A stretch of DNA of 64,000 nucleotides. It comes from Takakia lepidozioides (taxonomy: Eukaryota > Plantae > Bryophyta). The position numbers were made by a program, and so were the translations under genes. This document shows positions 13,570-24,225 of the stretch, piece by piece. Positions within the stretch are counted from its first letter, which is position 1. Each line of letters starts with the position of its first letter. The stretch covers positions 682,001 to 746,000 of the forward strand of contig CM060734.1 of assembly GCA_030704615.1 (NCBI GenBank), read 5' to 3'. The notes beneath the pieces were generated by a model. It was not told where the DNA came from. It saw only the letters and a program-made list of their open reading frames with translations, and searched no databases.

Positions 13570-16500
13570 TCAACGCTTCTTCCGCTTTTGAGGTCGCCCT
13601 TCGAAAACTGCAACCGCCTCGGATGCGTTTCCCATTTCTGAGGCACGCACCCAAGATGCCTCCACATGATGATAGCCCTTCCATTTGACGAGATACTCCG
13701 TTTCTCGGTTCTTGAACCTCCTCGACTTAAATAATGCCTCCACCTCGTACTCAGGTTCATTTTCATGATCCAACAGCACAGGTGGCGGACGCAACACTTG
13801 ATGCCGATTCGGACGCGCTTCATCTTTGAAGTAAGGCTTCAAAAGGGAGACGTGAATACTGGATGCACCTTGCTGTTTGCCGGCAGCTCCAATTCATACA
13901 CATCCTCATTCATAACCTTCCGGATGCGAAAAGGTCCCGCATACGGAGGTACGAACTTTGGACTCACTTCCGGAGGTAGTCGGAAATTCTTGATGTTCAA
14001 CCAGACCTCCGTGCCTGCCTCAAACTTCACTTCCCTCCGCTTCCGATTCGCCTGCCTTTCATACCGTTTCCTAGCTTTGGCAATGTTCTATTTTGCGAGC
14101 TTCAACAAACGCTCGCGTTCTTCTAGTACCGCCGCTACTGCCGGTTCCTCAACGTCCTGGGCGGCCCAACTTGTCGGCACCAGAGGTGCTTTTCTATAGA
14201 CCAATACAAAAAGGGGAAACTCCCGTTGCGGAGTGTTCTGTGTTATTATAACAGAACTCTGTCGCGTCTAAGTGTTCCACCCAGTCTGTTTGGTCTGCCG
14301 ACACGTAATTCCGCAAGATCTGCTTCACTATGGAATTCACTCTTTCTGTTTGGCCGTCGGTCGTGGTCGGAAGGCGGTGCTCATCTTCAGCCTCGTCCCC
14401 ATCTTTTTCCAAAGTGCCCTCCAAAATTTACTCGTAAACTTTGGATCGCGGTCCGAGACAATATCCTTTGGGACTCCATGATGCTTTAACACGTGGGCGA
14501 AGTAAAGTCGCCCTGTTTCTTGCACCGTTGCCGTCTCCTTGGTGGGGATGAAGTGACCCATTTTACTGAACCTATCCACCACCACCATGATTGCATCGAA
14601 TCCTTTTGACAGCGGCATAGCAGTCATGAAATCCATCAAGACGTTTTCCCAAGTCCCCTCTGGAATCGGCAAAGGTTGTAACAGCCTCGCTTGCTTTTTG
14701 TACTCGCTCCGGTTTTGTTGGCAAGTGGTGCATGTCTTGACATACTCCTCTGCCTCCTCCCTCAGTTTGGGCCAGAAATACTCTTTCTTCAAGAGTGCCG
14801 CAGTGCGCTTGGCTCCGCCGTGGCCCATAAGCGGGCTATCATGGCATTCTCTCAAGAGGCTATCTTTGATCCCTCCCTTCGGCACGTAGAGACGCTTTTG
14901 CTTATACCGGAGCAGTCCATTTTGCAAGTGGAACTGCGATTTAACCCCCATCCTCAAGTCCTGCATCACGGACTTCGCCAGCTCATCCTTCCGGATCTTT
15001 CTTTGGAGCGTCGTCTCGCCCTTGTATACCAACAAGAGCTGCTGCTTTCTACTTAAAGCATCGGCCACCACGTTGTCTCGTCCCGGTTTGTACTGGATAT
15101 CCACGTCGAACACCGCCAAAGTATCTTGCCACCTAAGTTGTTTTGGGGACAACTTGGGCTGCGTGGCAAAATACTTCACCGTGACATTGTCCGTGAACAC
15201 CTTCACTGGGTTGGAACCAACATAGTGGCGCCAAAGCTCAAGACAGTGCACCACCGCCTTCATCTCTTTCTCGTGCGTCGGCCACCGTCGCTCCACTTCA
15301 TTCAGTTTCTTACTTTCGTAAGCCACTGGACGTCCATCTTGCATCAGTACACCCCCAATCGCGAAGTCCGACGCATCTGTATGTATCTCGAACGGACGAT
15401 CGAACTCCGGGATTTTCAAGACTGGAGCTTCCGCCATCCACTGCTTCAATTCAGCAAAAGCTTGGCCACACAAGGTGTTCCATACCCAGACTTTGGATTT
15501 ACACAAAGGTCTGACAGCGGCCCCGCGATCTTGGCGAAATTTTTCACATACTTCCGGTAATAGGAGGCGAGTCCTAGGAAGGATCGCACTCCCGGGACCG
15601 AAGTCGGAGGCTCCCAGTCCAAGATCGCCCTCATCTTTCTGTCATCCATTTTGATCCCATCATGTGTAATCACATGCCCCAGGAACTCCACTTTTGTGAC
15701 CCCGAATTCGCACTTTGAAGCTTTGGCATACAGCTTCCCTTCTCGCAATTTTTGGAACACCTTTTTTAGGTGCTCCAAGTGCTCCTCCTTTGTTTTCGAG
15801 TACACCAAGATGTCGTCGATGTACACGATCACAAAGTCATCCAACCACTCCTGAAAAAGGCTGTTCATCAGCGTGCTAAATGTCGCTGGTGCATTGGTGA
15901 GCCCAAAAGGCATCACCAAGAACTCATATGAACCATACCTTGTCCTGCACGCGGTCTTCTCCTCATCTCCTTCCGCCACCCGAATTTGATGATAGCCGGA
16001 GCGCAAGTCGATCCGGCTGAAATACTTCGCTCCTGCCAACCGATCAAAGAGGTCGTCGATCCTTGGCAAAGGGTACCGATTTTTTATAGTCACCTTATTT
16101 AAAGCCCTGTAATCGACACACATCCGCAGCGTCCCATCCTTTTTATCTGCAAATAGCACCGGGGCTCCGTAAGCTGACTTACTCGGCCGGATGTACCCCT
16201 TTGACATTAGATCTTTAAGCTGAGTCTTCAGCTCGACCAACTCTCTGTGGCTCAACCGGTAGGGCGCCTTGGCAGGCGGTTCCGATCCCGGTATCACCTC
16301 AATCTTGTGGTCAACTCCTCTTCGCGGTGGCAAACCGCTTGGTAAATCCTCCGGCATCACATCCTGGTATTTCTCCAAAATCCCCTTGATCCAATCTGGG
16401 CTCGGCTCCCCATCGCCTTCTCCCTTCACTTCTCTAATGTAGAGCAAAAACTGGGGCTCGTGTGCCTCCTCCACGGCCCACTCCCTTGCTGACAGAAGGT

Positions 16501-18115
16501 TTATTCGCCCTCCCACGGGTTTGGGCATTTCCGACACTCGTAAGACCTCGCCACCATTCCCACATAGCAGCGTGACTACTCTCTTGCGACCATCTATGAC
16601 CGCTCCGGATTTGCTCAAAAAAGTCATCCCCAAAATGAGATCCACTCCATCGATCTCGCAGATGGTGAAGTTTTCACGTCCCTCCCAACTCCCCAGTTGA
16701 AAAGGAACATCAAACGCTAACCTTGTCGCCAATTGCGGTTCTCCTTTGGCAGAACGCACCTCAATAGAGGCCCCCACGTCACTTGTCAGGAGTCCCAACT
16801 TTCGCGCCGCCGCCGGCGTCATGAAGGAGTGCGACGCTCCTGTGTCCACCAACAACGACACGTTAGTTCCGGATATTATCCCATCCACAAACAATAACTG
16901 ACTCCCTTTACGCAGGGCGCCAGTTTCCTGATACAACTCACAAGAATAGTTGTCTACCTTGCAAGTCCTGGCGACCACCGCTTCCACCAAGCGACTGATG
17001 GTATCTTCCGACAGCTCCGTGGTTGCCCGAGTCATGTTCAATTGTCGAGGTTTCGTGCACTTCTTGGCCATGTGCCCGGGCTCCCCGCAATTGAAACACA
17101 CTCCATCAAAGGTTGCCTTTTGTCCGCCATAAGCCACTCCACCCGCTTTTCCTTTCGAAGCACCGGGTGCCGCCTTGACGTGTGAAGGCCATCCCTTCGA
17201 TTTCCACGTGCCATTGTCGCCGCGTGGCCTATCCCACTTCTTTTCCGGTCGGAAGGAGTCACCTTCCCGCCGGGTCTTCTTGTGGTTCAGCTCCGTACGG
17301 CCTTGTCTCTCATCCCTAGGGACATCCGAGAAACATTCAGCCCTCTCAATTGCCTCGTTCAAAGTCTTGGGTGGTTTCTCCTCCAACTTCCGCCTGGCCC
17401 ATGGGGCCAGTCCCACCACAAAGTTGAAGACCATTTCTGGTTCTGCCATGTCCGCGACTTCGAGCAACGCACATTGAAAGCCTGGACATACCCCCGAATG
17501 TCATCTGTTTGCTTCAAATTCCTCATATTGTCCCAGGCAAGCCAGGACGCGTTGAGGGGCACAAACTGTCTCTTCATCAATTCCTTGAACCCACTCCAGT
17601 TCAAGGTTTCCGGGCTTGGACCTCAGTCGTGAAGGCGTTTCTGCCACCATTGTTGAGCATAGCCCCTCAAATAGGTGGGAGCCACTTCCACCCGATCCTC
17701 GTCACTCAACTTGGCCGCCCGGAATTACTGCTCTAGCTCCAGGAGCCAGGTATTGAGTGCCTTCCGATTTCGGACGCCCTCGAAGGTGTCGGGTTCCTTA
17801 GGCTTCACCTTAAACTTTGCCTTAGTGGAAGTGGCATTAGCCGCCTTCAACACGTCTTTCAACGTCCCGCCAAACTGCGCCAACAACCCTTCCCAAAAGG
17901 CTGCCGGCATGGGAGGCATCTCTTGGTTGTCGGAGCTCTCAGGATTCCTCGGGCTCCGACTCCTCGGATTCCTCCCGCTCTTGAGCGGCCTCGTTTTCGG
18001 AAACATGCATCGCTTCCTCAAACGGCCGCCTCGGTGACACGTCGCCCCCATCGGGCTCACCAGGATCATCATCTTTTGGGCCGTTCCGCTTTCGCTTCGG
18101 CTTGCCCGACCCTAT
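13570..18115 (-). pseudogene. gag-pol of chromovirus copy 1 (stops and frameshifts)
   Basis: [18 protein letters not shown], protease VDTGA, RT YIDD, RNase H TDAS/TDN, integrase HHCC and DDE motifs, GPF, chromodomain [13 protein letters not shown]; split over ORFs 17725-18072, 17359-17604, 15446-17467, 14337-15506, 14194-14424, 13839-14030 and 13570-13842. Confidence 0.95.
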
Positions 18116-18156
18116 GATGAGGCCAATCCCAAGGACGATCGCGTACTGAACTCTAA

Positions 18157-18168
18157 GCTCTGATACCA
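18157..18168 (-). other. Primer-binding site (tRNA-iMet) of copy 1
   Basis: TGGTATCAGAGC two nt downstream of the 5-prime LTR. Confidence 0.95.
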
Positions 18169-18170
18169 AG

Positions 18171-18898
18171 TGTCGCGCACCTCACTTCGGTAAGCTCCCC
18201 CTCAAGTCATAGTTACTCGCTTTGATGCGCGCGCCTGACTCCCAACCTGGCCGCCGGGCCAACTTGGAGCTTCGGCTGCTCACCGGGGCATAACGGTCCC
18301 CCTTTGTTCTCCCAAAGAACCCTCCACCGATTTGGAACCAGCGGGAATTCCCTTTGGTAGTTGGCAGTCCGGAACAGCTCCCCACTCTTTGGTCGCTTTC
18401 CGGCTCGCTCGCTTACTCACTAGTTTTTGGTCACCAACGGGCTTGCACCGTTCTCGGGGTTACTACTCCCTATATATACTTCTGTAGCTGTCCGCGGGGG
18501 TTTCACAACCAGCCATGCCATTTTATGGCGAACCACCACGAAAACCCTCGACTCCCGGTGATGAGTCGCTGTGAGTCTTGGCCCACTCACCACGGCCCCT
18601 ATGGACCGTGATGAGTCCCAAGACTCCCCACAACTCCCACCACGAGGTCTCCGCCCCCATGGTGAGTCCTATGCCACCCCCACTAAGTCTCGCTAAGCTA
18701 CCACCACCCCTTGTGGAGCCACCCCCACCGCAACCCGGTGTGCGGGGCTCCACCTAGTGAGCGCCTCCGCTTCCTTGAGTGCCTTGGGCACTCAAGGGTG
18801 CTTCAGCCCCCCCATACCTATCGCTGTTGCTGCCCCCACCACAGGGGCAGCCCCTCATATGTCCCGACCCCCTGCCCTCAAGGCAAAGGGCCGCGACA
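18171..18898 (-). repeat. 5-prime LTR of chromovirus copy 1 (728 bp)
   Basis: TG...CA ends, direct repeat of 11937-12663. Confidence 0.95.
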
Positions 18899-19619
18899 CC
18901 AAGACAACACATGGATTAGACTGGATATGACACGTGGCATGACAATATGGAGCGAGAGGATCTTTCGTGACTGGCATATATGACTTCGGACGTTTAATCC
19001 TAGGTCCACACGTGGAGTCAAATTATGCAGGATGGGGGTGGGGTGGTCGTTATGACTGGAACATATGACTTCCATGGCGCAATCTAGATATTGCACGTGG
19101 CACGAGTATGGGCGAACGTGAGGGGTGAAAGTGGCACGTGGCGGAGGCTCTGTGGATGGGAGGTAGTCGTCTACATGACCGTAGTCATGGGCCTGACTCT
19201 AGCAGCATTGAAACATGAAAACACATTTGAAATTGGAACATCAATTCAAATACCGTGACTTAATGTTCATAGATCCGTTCCATTAATCTAATCCGGTGCT
19301 GCTACAAAAATGCACAAAGTCTAAGTAGACTTCCAAATGCCTGAGCAGAAGATGCATACATTGGCTTGGTCGGACTTGGTCACCCACCTTCAACTGCCAT
19401 CCAGCCCGAAAACGGCAAAAGATACATGAGCAAGCTTTCAGGCAATACCATAGCAACAACAACATTGACATATGTGAAACAAACTAACATCGCTAAGAAT
19501 ATGTCTAAGCACCATTACACAAACTTGATGTGTGCAAAATGGAAAATTACAGGTAGGGAACCCTTACCCCATTGTGGGAGTCAAGGACTGGAGTTTGGGA
19601 GTTGTCTTGCTGACAGGTA

Positions 19620-19765
19620 GCGTAGTGGCTGCAAGCATCACACTCCACGACACCACATCTCATTCAGCCATAGTATTGAACACTCCCTTTGCATCCTCGA
19701 TGCACCCACATTTGACATACATGTCCACCAGGGCAGTGTTCAGAATGACATCTGGTAATTGACAT
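19620..19765 (-). pseudogene. PLS-class PPR gene fragment
   Basis: Translates to PDVILNTALVDMYVKCGCIEDAKGVFNTMAE*DVVSWSVMLAA, a typical S/P PPR motif junction. Confidence 0.8.
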
Positions 19766-19786
19766 GCATACCCTTTTTGCCTCGAT

Positions 19787-21165
19787 TGTTGTCACATTGG
19801 CAGTATCATGTCAAAGTCACTCCAAACTAGATTCACTCAACCAGCTAACTTGCAGAATTCAACATGGAAATTTAGGGCCGATTCTGATAAGAGGGAAAAA
19901 CAGGGTCTCATGTGTTGAAGAAGGTGTCTTCATTAGCAGTGCCTAATTTTATCAATTGTGCCGCTACTGCTGCAGCTTCCAGTTGACCATCTACCCATGC
20001 AGGTTTCATGTAGCTATCCTTCCACAGGGAATCATAGGTAATCTGGAGCTTGAAATCCGGGCCTCTTCGATGAATCTGCACCCACACTCTATCCCTGCTC
20101 CTTCAGTCATGCCCACGAGAGTATTGTTCAGAATCCCATATGGTACAATTCTAGCTTTGGTGATGCAACCATGCACCTCTTTGCATGTGCTAATGTCTCC
20201 AGCTTCCAGACCTTTGATCTTGATGCACTTAAGCAAGAGACAGACATACATATCTGAATCTGCTGAAATGCCTCGTTGGTTTAAAGTCTATAGAGCCTCT
20301 GTCAGTATGTCTGCCTCACAAAGCATCTTCACACTCTATCCCTGCTCCTTCAGCTATCCAGGCCTCTGCACAAATCATGCACACATCCTTGTTTTGCTGC
20401 TAGCAGCTGACAATGACAGCCTAGAATTGTTCCAGTAAACACCCCAACCCTACTGACTTAGAGACTGTAGTGTCCAAAGCCATGTCTGTTTCCAGAAAAT
20501 TGTCTGATGAAAATGAAGTTAGGCAGAAAACTTCCCTGGACTTGTTTCCAGTCTGTGACATGGGGGAGGACATCATGGATGACCTCAAGGGTCTACCCAC
20601 TCTTGGCACCAGACTGAAATTTAAACTCAGGGCAGGAATCCTACCTTTGAATAGCAAATAGAAGCAGAGAGGAAAGGGAGAGTGCAATTGCACCCAACTC
20701 AACTAATCACACTAGTTCCTATGGTCAATTGCATCTGCTACTCTCTGTAATCTGACATGCATTCACCTTTTTGCCTCGGTTGTCCCACCATTTACTGGGT
20801 CAGAAGAGTATTCATCCCACAACTTCTCCTCATATCTGTTACCTGTTTCTGGATATTTTATTGTTGTCACATTGGCAGTATCATGTCAAAGTCACTCCAA
20901 ACAAGATTCACTCAACCAGCTAACTTGCAGAATTCAACATGGAAATTTAGGGCCAATTCTGATAAGAAGGAAAAACAGGGTGAAATGTGTTGAAGAAGGT
21001 GCCTTCGTTAGCAGTGCCTGATTTTATCCATTGTGCCGCTGCTGCGGAGGGCTTCCAGTTGACCATCTGTTTATTGTAGCTATCCTCCACAAGGAATGAT
21101 AGGTAATCTGGAGCTTGAAATCCGGGCCTCTTGGATGAATCTGGACCCACAATCTATCCCTGCAC
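19787..21165. repeat. ~300-bp direct duplication (19787-20100 and 20861-21165)
   Basis: Shared TTGTTGTCACATTGGCAGTATCATGTCAAAGTCACTCC ... GGAGCTTGAAATCCGGGCCTCTT. Confidence 0.85.
20055..20305 (-). pseudogene. PLS-class PPR gene fragment (N-terminal L/S motifs)
   Basis: QRGISADSDMYVCLLLKC...KEVHGCITKARIVPYGILNNTLVGM...IEEAR. Confidence 0.65.
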
Positions 21166-23377
21166 TCCTTTAGCTATCCATGCCTGTGTACAAATCATGA
21201 ATACATCCTCAGCCTTGCTACAACTAGCAGCTGAAGCAGCTAACACTGACACCCTAACCCTACCTACGGTAACATGTCAAAATCACTCCAAAACCACCAT
21301 AGATCCACCAACGAGCTTCTCCTCATCTATGTTATTTGTTTTTGGATACTTTCCTGCTGCCACATCGGCAGTTGCTTATCAAAGTCACTCCTAACCACCA
21401 CAGATCCACCCAACAAGCTTCTATCTGTTTGAGTTGAACCCTTGAATCATCATCAAAAGAATCTTACAAATCTCTCACCTTCCTCTATTCCATCTCTCTC
21501 ACACAAACAGCCAGATTGTCATCCATTGCTGTCACACTTGTGTTGGTAACCAGCTAGACTCCTGCAAAATCAGCTGTGAGTAACTATGGCCACTTCACAA
21601 AGAGACTGCAGAGGAAAAAGCATTGGAGATGGAGAGATAGAGATGGAGAAGACTGAGTGGCAGACTTGTCCATGGAGGAAAATACTCAACAAACCTCTTG
21701 GTTATTGAGAGACCTTCTCCACTTGTCAAACAAGGATGAGTCTGAAACAACATTGACCGAGACCAGTGAGCTCTTACGAAACACAGCAGATGTAGATGAC
21801 ACAATCTGCAGTCTTGCTGCTACCAGTAGCCCTGTGAGTAGAGCCCTTCCTAAAACATTGGCCAGTGCTGCTACCCACAAAGACAGTCATCATTTCAGTT
21901 TGATTGAATGTTTGCCTTCATGCTCCACCAGAAAGTGCCACATACACATGCCATTCGCATGTAAGTATCTCCATACTAGTACTATTGAGCCCAAGCCTTG
22001 ATTTGATGTTGCTTGGATGGCCATGGAAGATTAGTATAATAATCACCAAGGAGCCTAACGGGCATTATCACAGCCTCAAAAGCCCTGGCAAAAGCACTTC
22101 CAATTGATGTACTCTTCATTGCCCCTATGGTCTACACCCTCTCAACAACTACGTGTGTGGGTGCAAGCTGGATGGAAATTAGCAACAACAATATTTCAAT
22201 CTCCTTGTACATTCAGTCCCAAAAATGCCTTCCTTACTGCTGACCTAAGTAATAAGTTGTATAGATTAAGTTGATACTTAACTTACCCAAATGTCAAAGT
22301 TTCCATTAATACCTGGAAGTACTAATCACCACATCCCTTATCTTCTACAACCCAAAAGCGAGTGAAACCTAATCCCAGATTCCATTCAATCCTAAACCCT
22401 GTACTGCCTGAGACAATGACACGAGCAGAAATGCAGCAAAAGAGGATGAAACTCACAAGCTGCGCTGATATACTGCTATGGTGAGCCGAGCAGCCAGGAA
22501 TAAGAGTCTCGACTATGGTCATGAGTGCTTGGCCTTTAGCAAGCTCTTCGGAGGCAGTATGGCCACCATCTGCAGCCATAGCTGCAATCGCCTGCCATGG
22601 AAGAGCATCCCCATTCACCTCTAACGTGCATACATCATTCCTGTATGCCCTGATCATTGGATATGCCTTTGATCTCTCCAGTAATTCTTCCTTTCAGTGG
22701 TGTAGTTCCTCCTGTTCCCGACATTGTTCTTCCATTTACTCGCCTGACTGTCACTACTGTCAATTTTGCTGTTGTACTCATATTGTCCATGGCTCTCCTT
22801 TTCCATGGCACCGCTCGAAGGCTGAGCTTGAGCCTGAAAGCAGCAGCATTGCCGCGTACCAGTGAATTTTGTGTGGCGAAACAAATTTGTCATACTGTGA
22901 GTGTATTCTAGGAAAGTCTATTAGGTGATGTCCGGTTGCCACTCCTCTCGAGAATGTGGAATTGCATCAAGTTTCCTCACACGTGTGTCCTTCCCCCCTA
23001 CAGTTCCCAGAGCATGGATGTAAACTACACCAAGAGTCTTTTCTACAACTACGTTCAGAAAACAACACGGACTGTAAAAGGAGTCCACAGTGAAGCCTTT
23101 GGTCCCTAACTAAACCATCTTGGCCAATACTCCCAATACGTCGACATAAACTGCACTTTTGTCGTAACCTTTGATGTTGTTGAGATGCAGTAATACAAGA
23201 TGCTATACCAGTGGCTGAGAACTGTAGGGATTCTTGTGGATATGTCACATACATTTGCCTCTGAATCAATTCCCCTGAGGAGGAGCAACCAAGGGTCTGA
23301 ACACCGAATTGCATCTCTCCCAAAGGGAAATTCAAGCTCGGGTCTTGTGGTAACTTCCTCTAGTACCATCTAGTACC

Positions 23378-23945
23378 TTGTAAACAACAGGAGGAGTACC
23401 AAATCATGGTACTAACAGGAGCCAACAGCCCACATTTGCACTATGGACAAACTTCTTCACATCGTACATTAAGAAAAAGCCACACCTTGCGATTGCGGTT
23501 GTCGCACCATCGTGAAGGATCTTTAAAAAACTCATGCCAGCTCTGCTCTGTGCTGCGAATTCAGGGCCGAGTCTGATGAGAGGGCAAAACAGGCTGAAAT
23601 AGGTCGAAGAAGAAGGTGCCCTCACCACATTGTCCTCGACCTTGTGTCATGACCCATGGAGGATTTGATTGACCATGAACCCAAATGGACCTCTTGTGTG
23701 TGCTGCTTGTGTCTGTAGTCCGGTAATGTCGGATTGGTCATGAGAACCACCACAGTGCAGCTGAGCGAGCAGAGATTGAAACACGATCTGCTAAGACCAA
23801 GCTGACTCTCCGAAGAACCTTGTAAACAGCAGGAAGAATACCAAATCATGGTACTAACAATCGCCAAGAGCCCACATTTGCAGTTGGACAAACTTCTTCA
23901 CATCGTACATTGAGAAAAAGCCACACCTTGCGATTGCGGTTGTCC
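23378..23945. repeat. ~130-bp direct duplication (23378-23503 and 23818-23945)
   Basis: Shared CCAAATCATGGTACTAACA ... GCCACACCTTGCGATTGCGGTTGTC. Confidence 0.85.
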
Positions 23946-24035
23946 GTCGTGAAGGTGGCCAGCCACTTCCCATAGTAGTCAATGGCCACATCGTGCACCA
24001 CATCTTCATGCCCCGATTCTAGGGTTTGAGTCCAT
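23935..24035 (-). pseudogene. Sec13-like WD40 N-terminal fragment
   Basis: QTLESGHEDVVHDVAIDYYGKWLAT matches the Sec13 first-blade signature H-D-(M/V)-(I/V)HD...DYYGKRLAT. Confidence 0.8.
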
Positions 24036-24054
24036 GTCTGCCCCCTATCCCACC

Positions 24055-24225
24055 AGCTCCGCTCGTCGTCTCTCATGATCAGACTCGACACTAAAACTAA
24101 ACAAACATAGCTCCGCCCTGTTCGACGTCTCTCATGATCAAACTCGACACTATAAGAAAGCAAACACAGCTCCGTCCTGTTTGTCGTCTCTCACGATCAA
24201 ACTCGACACAAAGAAAACAAACAGA
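24055..24225. repeat. Three tandem copies of a ~60-bp unit
   Basis: CGTCTCTCAYGATCARACTCGACAC...AAACA repeated three times. Confidence 0.85.

Larger units (their letters stand above)
11937..18898 (-). mobile_element. Ty3/gypsy chromovirus (Galadriel-like) copy 1, full length
   Basis: LTRs 11937-12663 and 18171-18898 (TG...CA, nearly identical), TSD CCAAG (11932-11936, 18899-18903), tRNA-iMet PBS, purine-rich PPT, and gag-PR-RT-RH-INT-chromodomain. Confidence 0.97.
11700..19190. repeat. CACTA left subterminal repeat array (11700-11936 and 18904-19190), split by chromovirus copy 1
   Basis: Recurrent units GACACGTGGCATGACA, GACTGGCATATAYGACTTC and TTAACCCCARG; related inverted units at 60255-60590. 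Confidence 0.7.
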
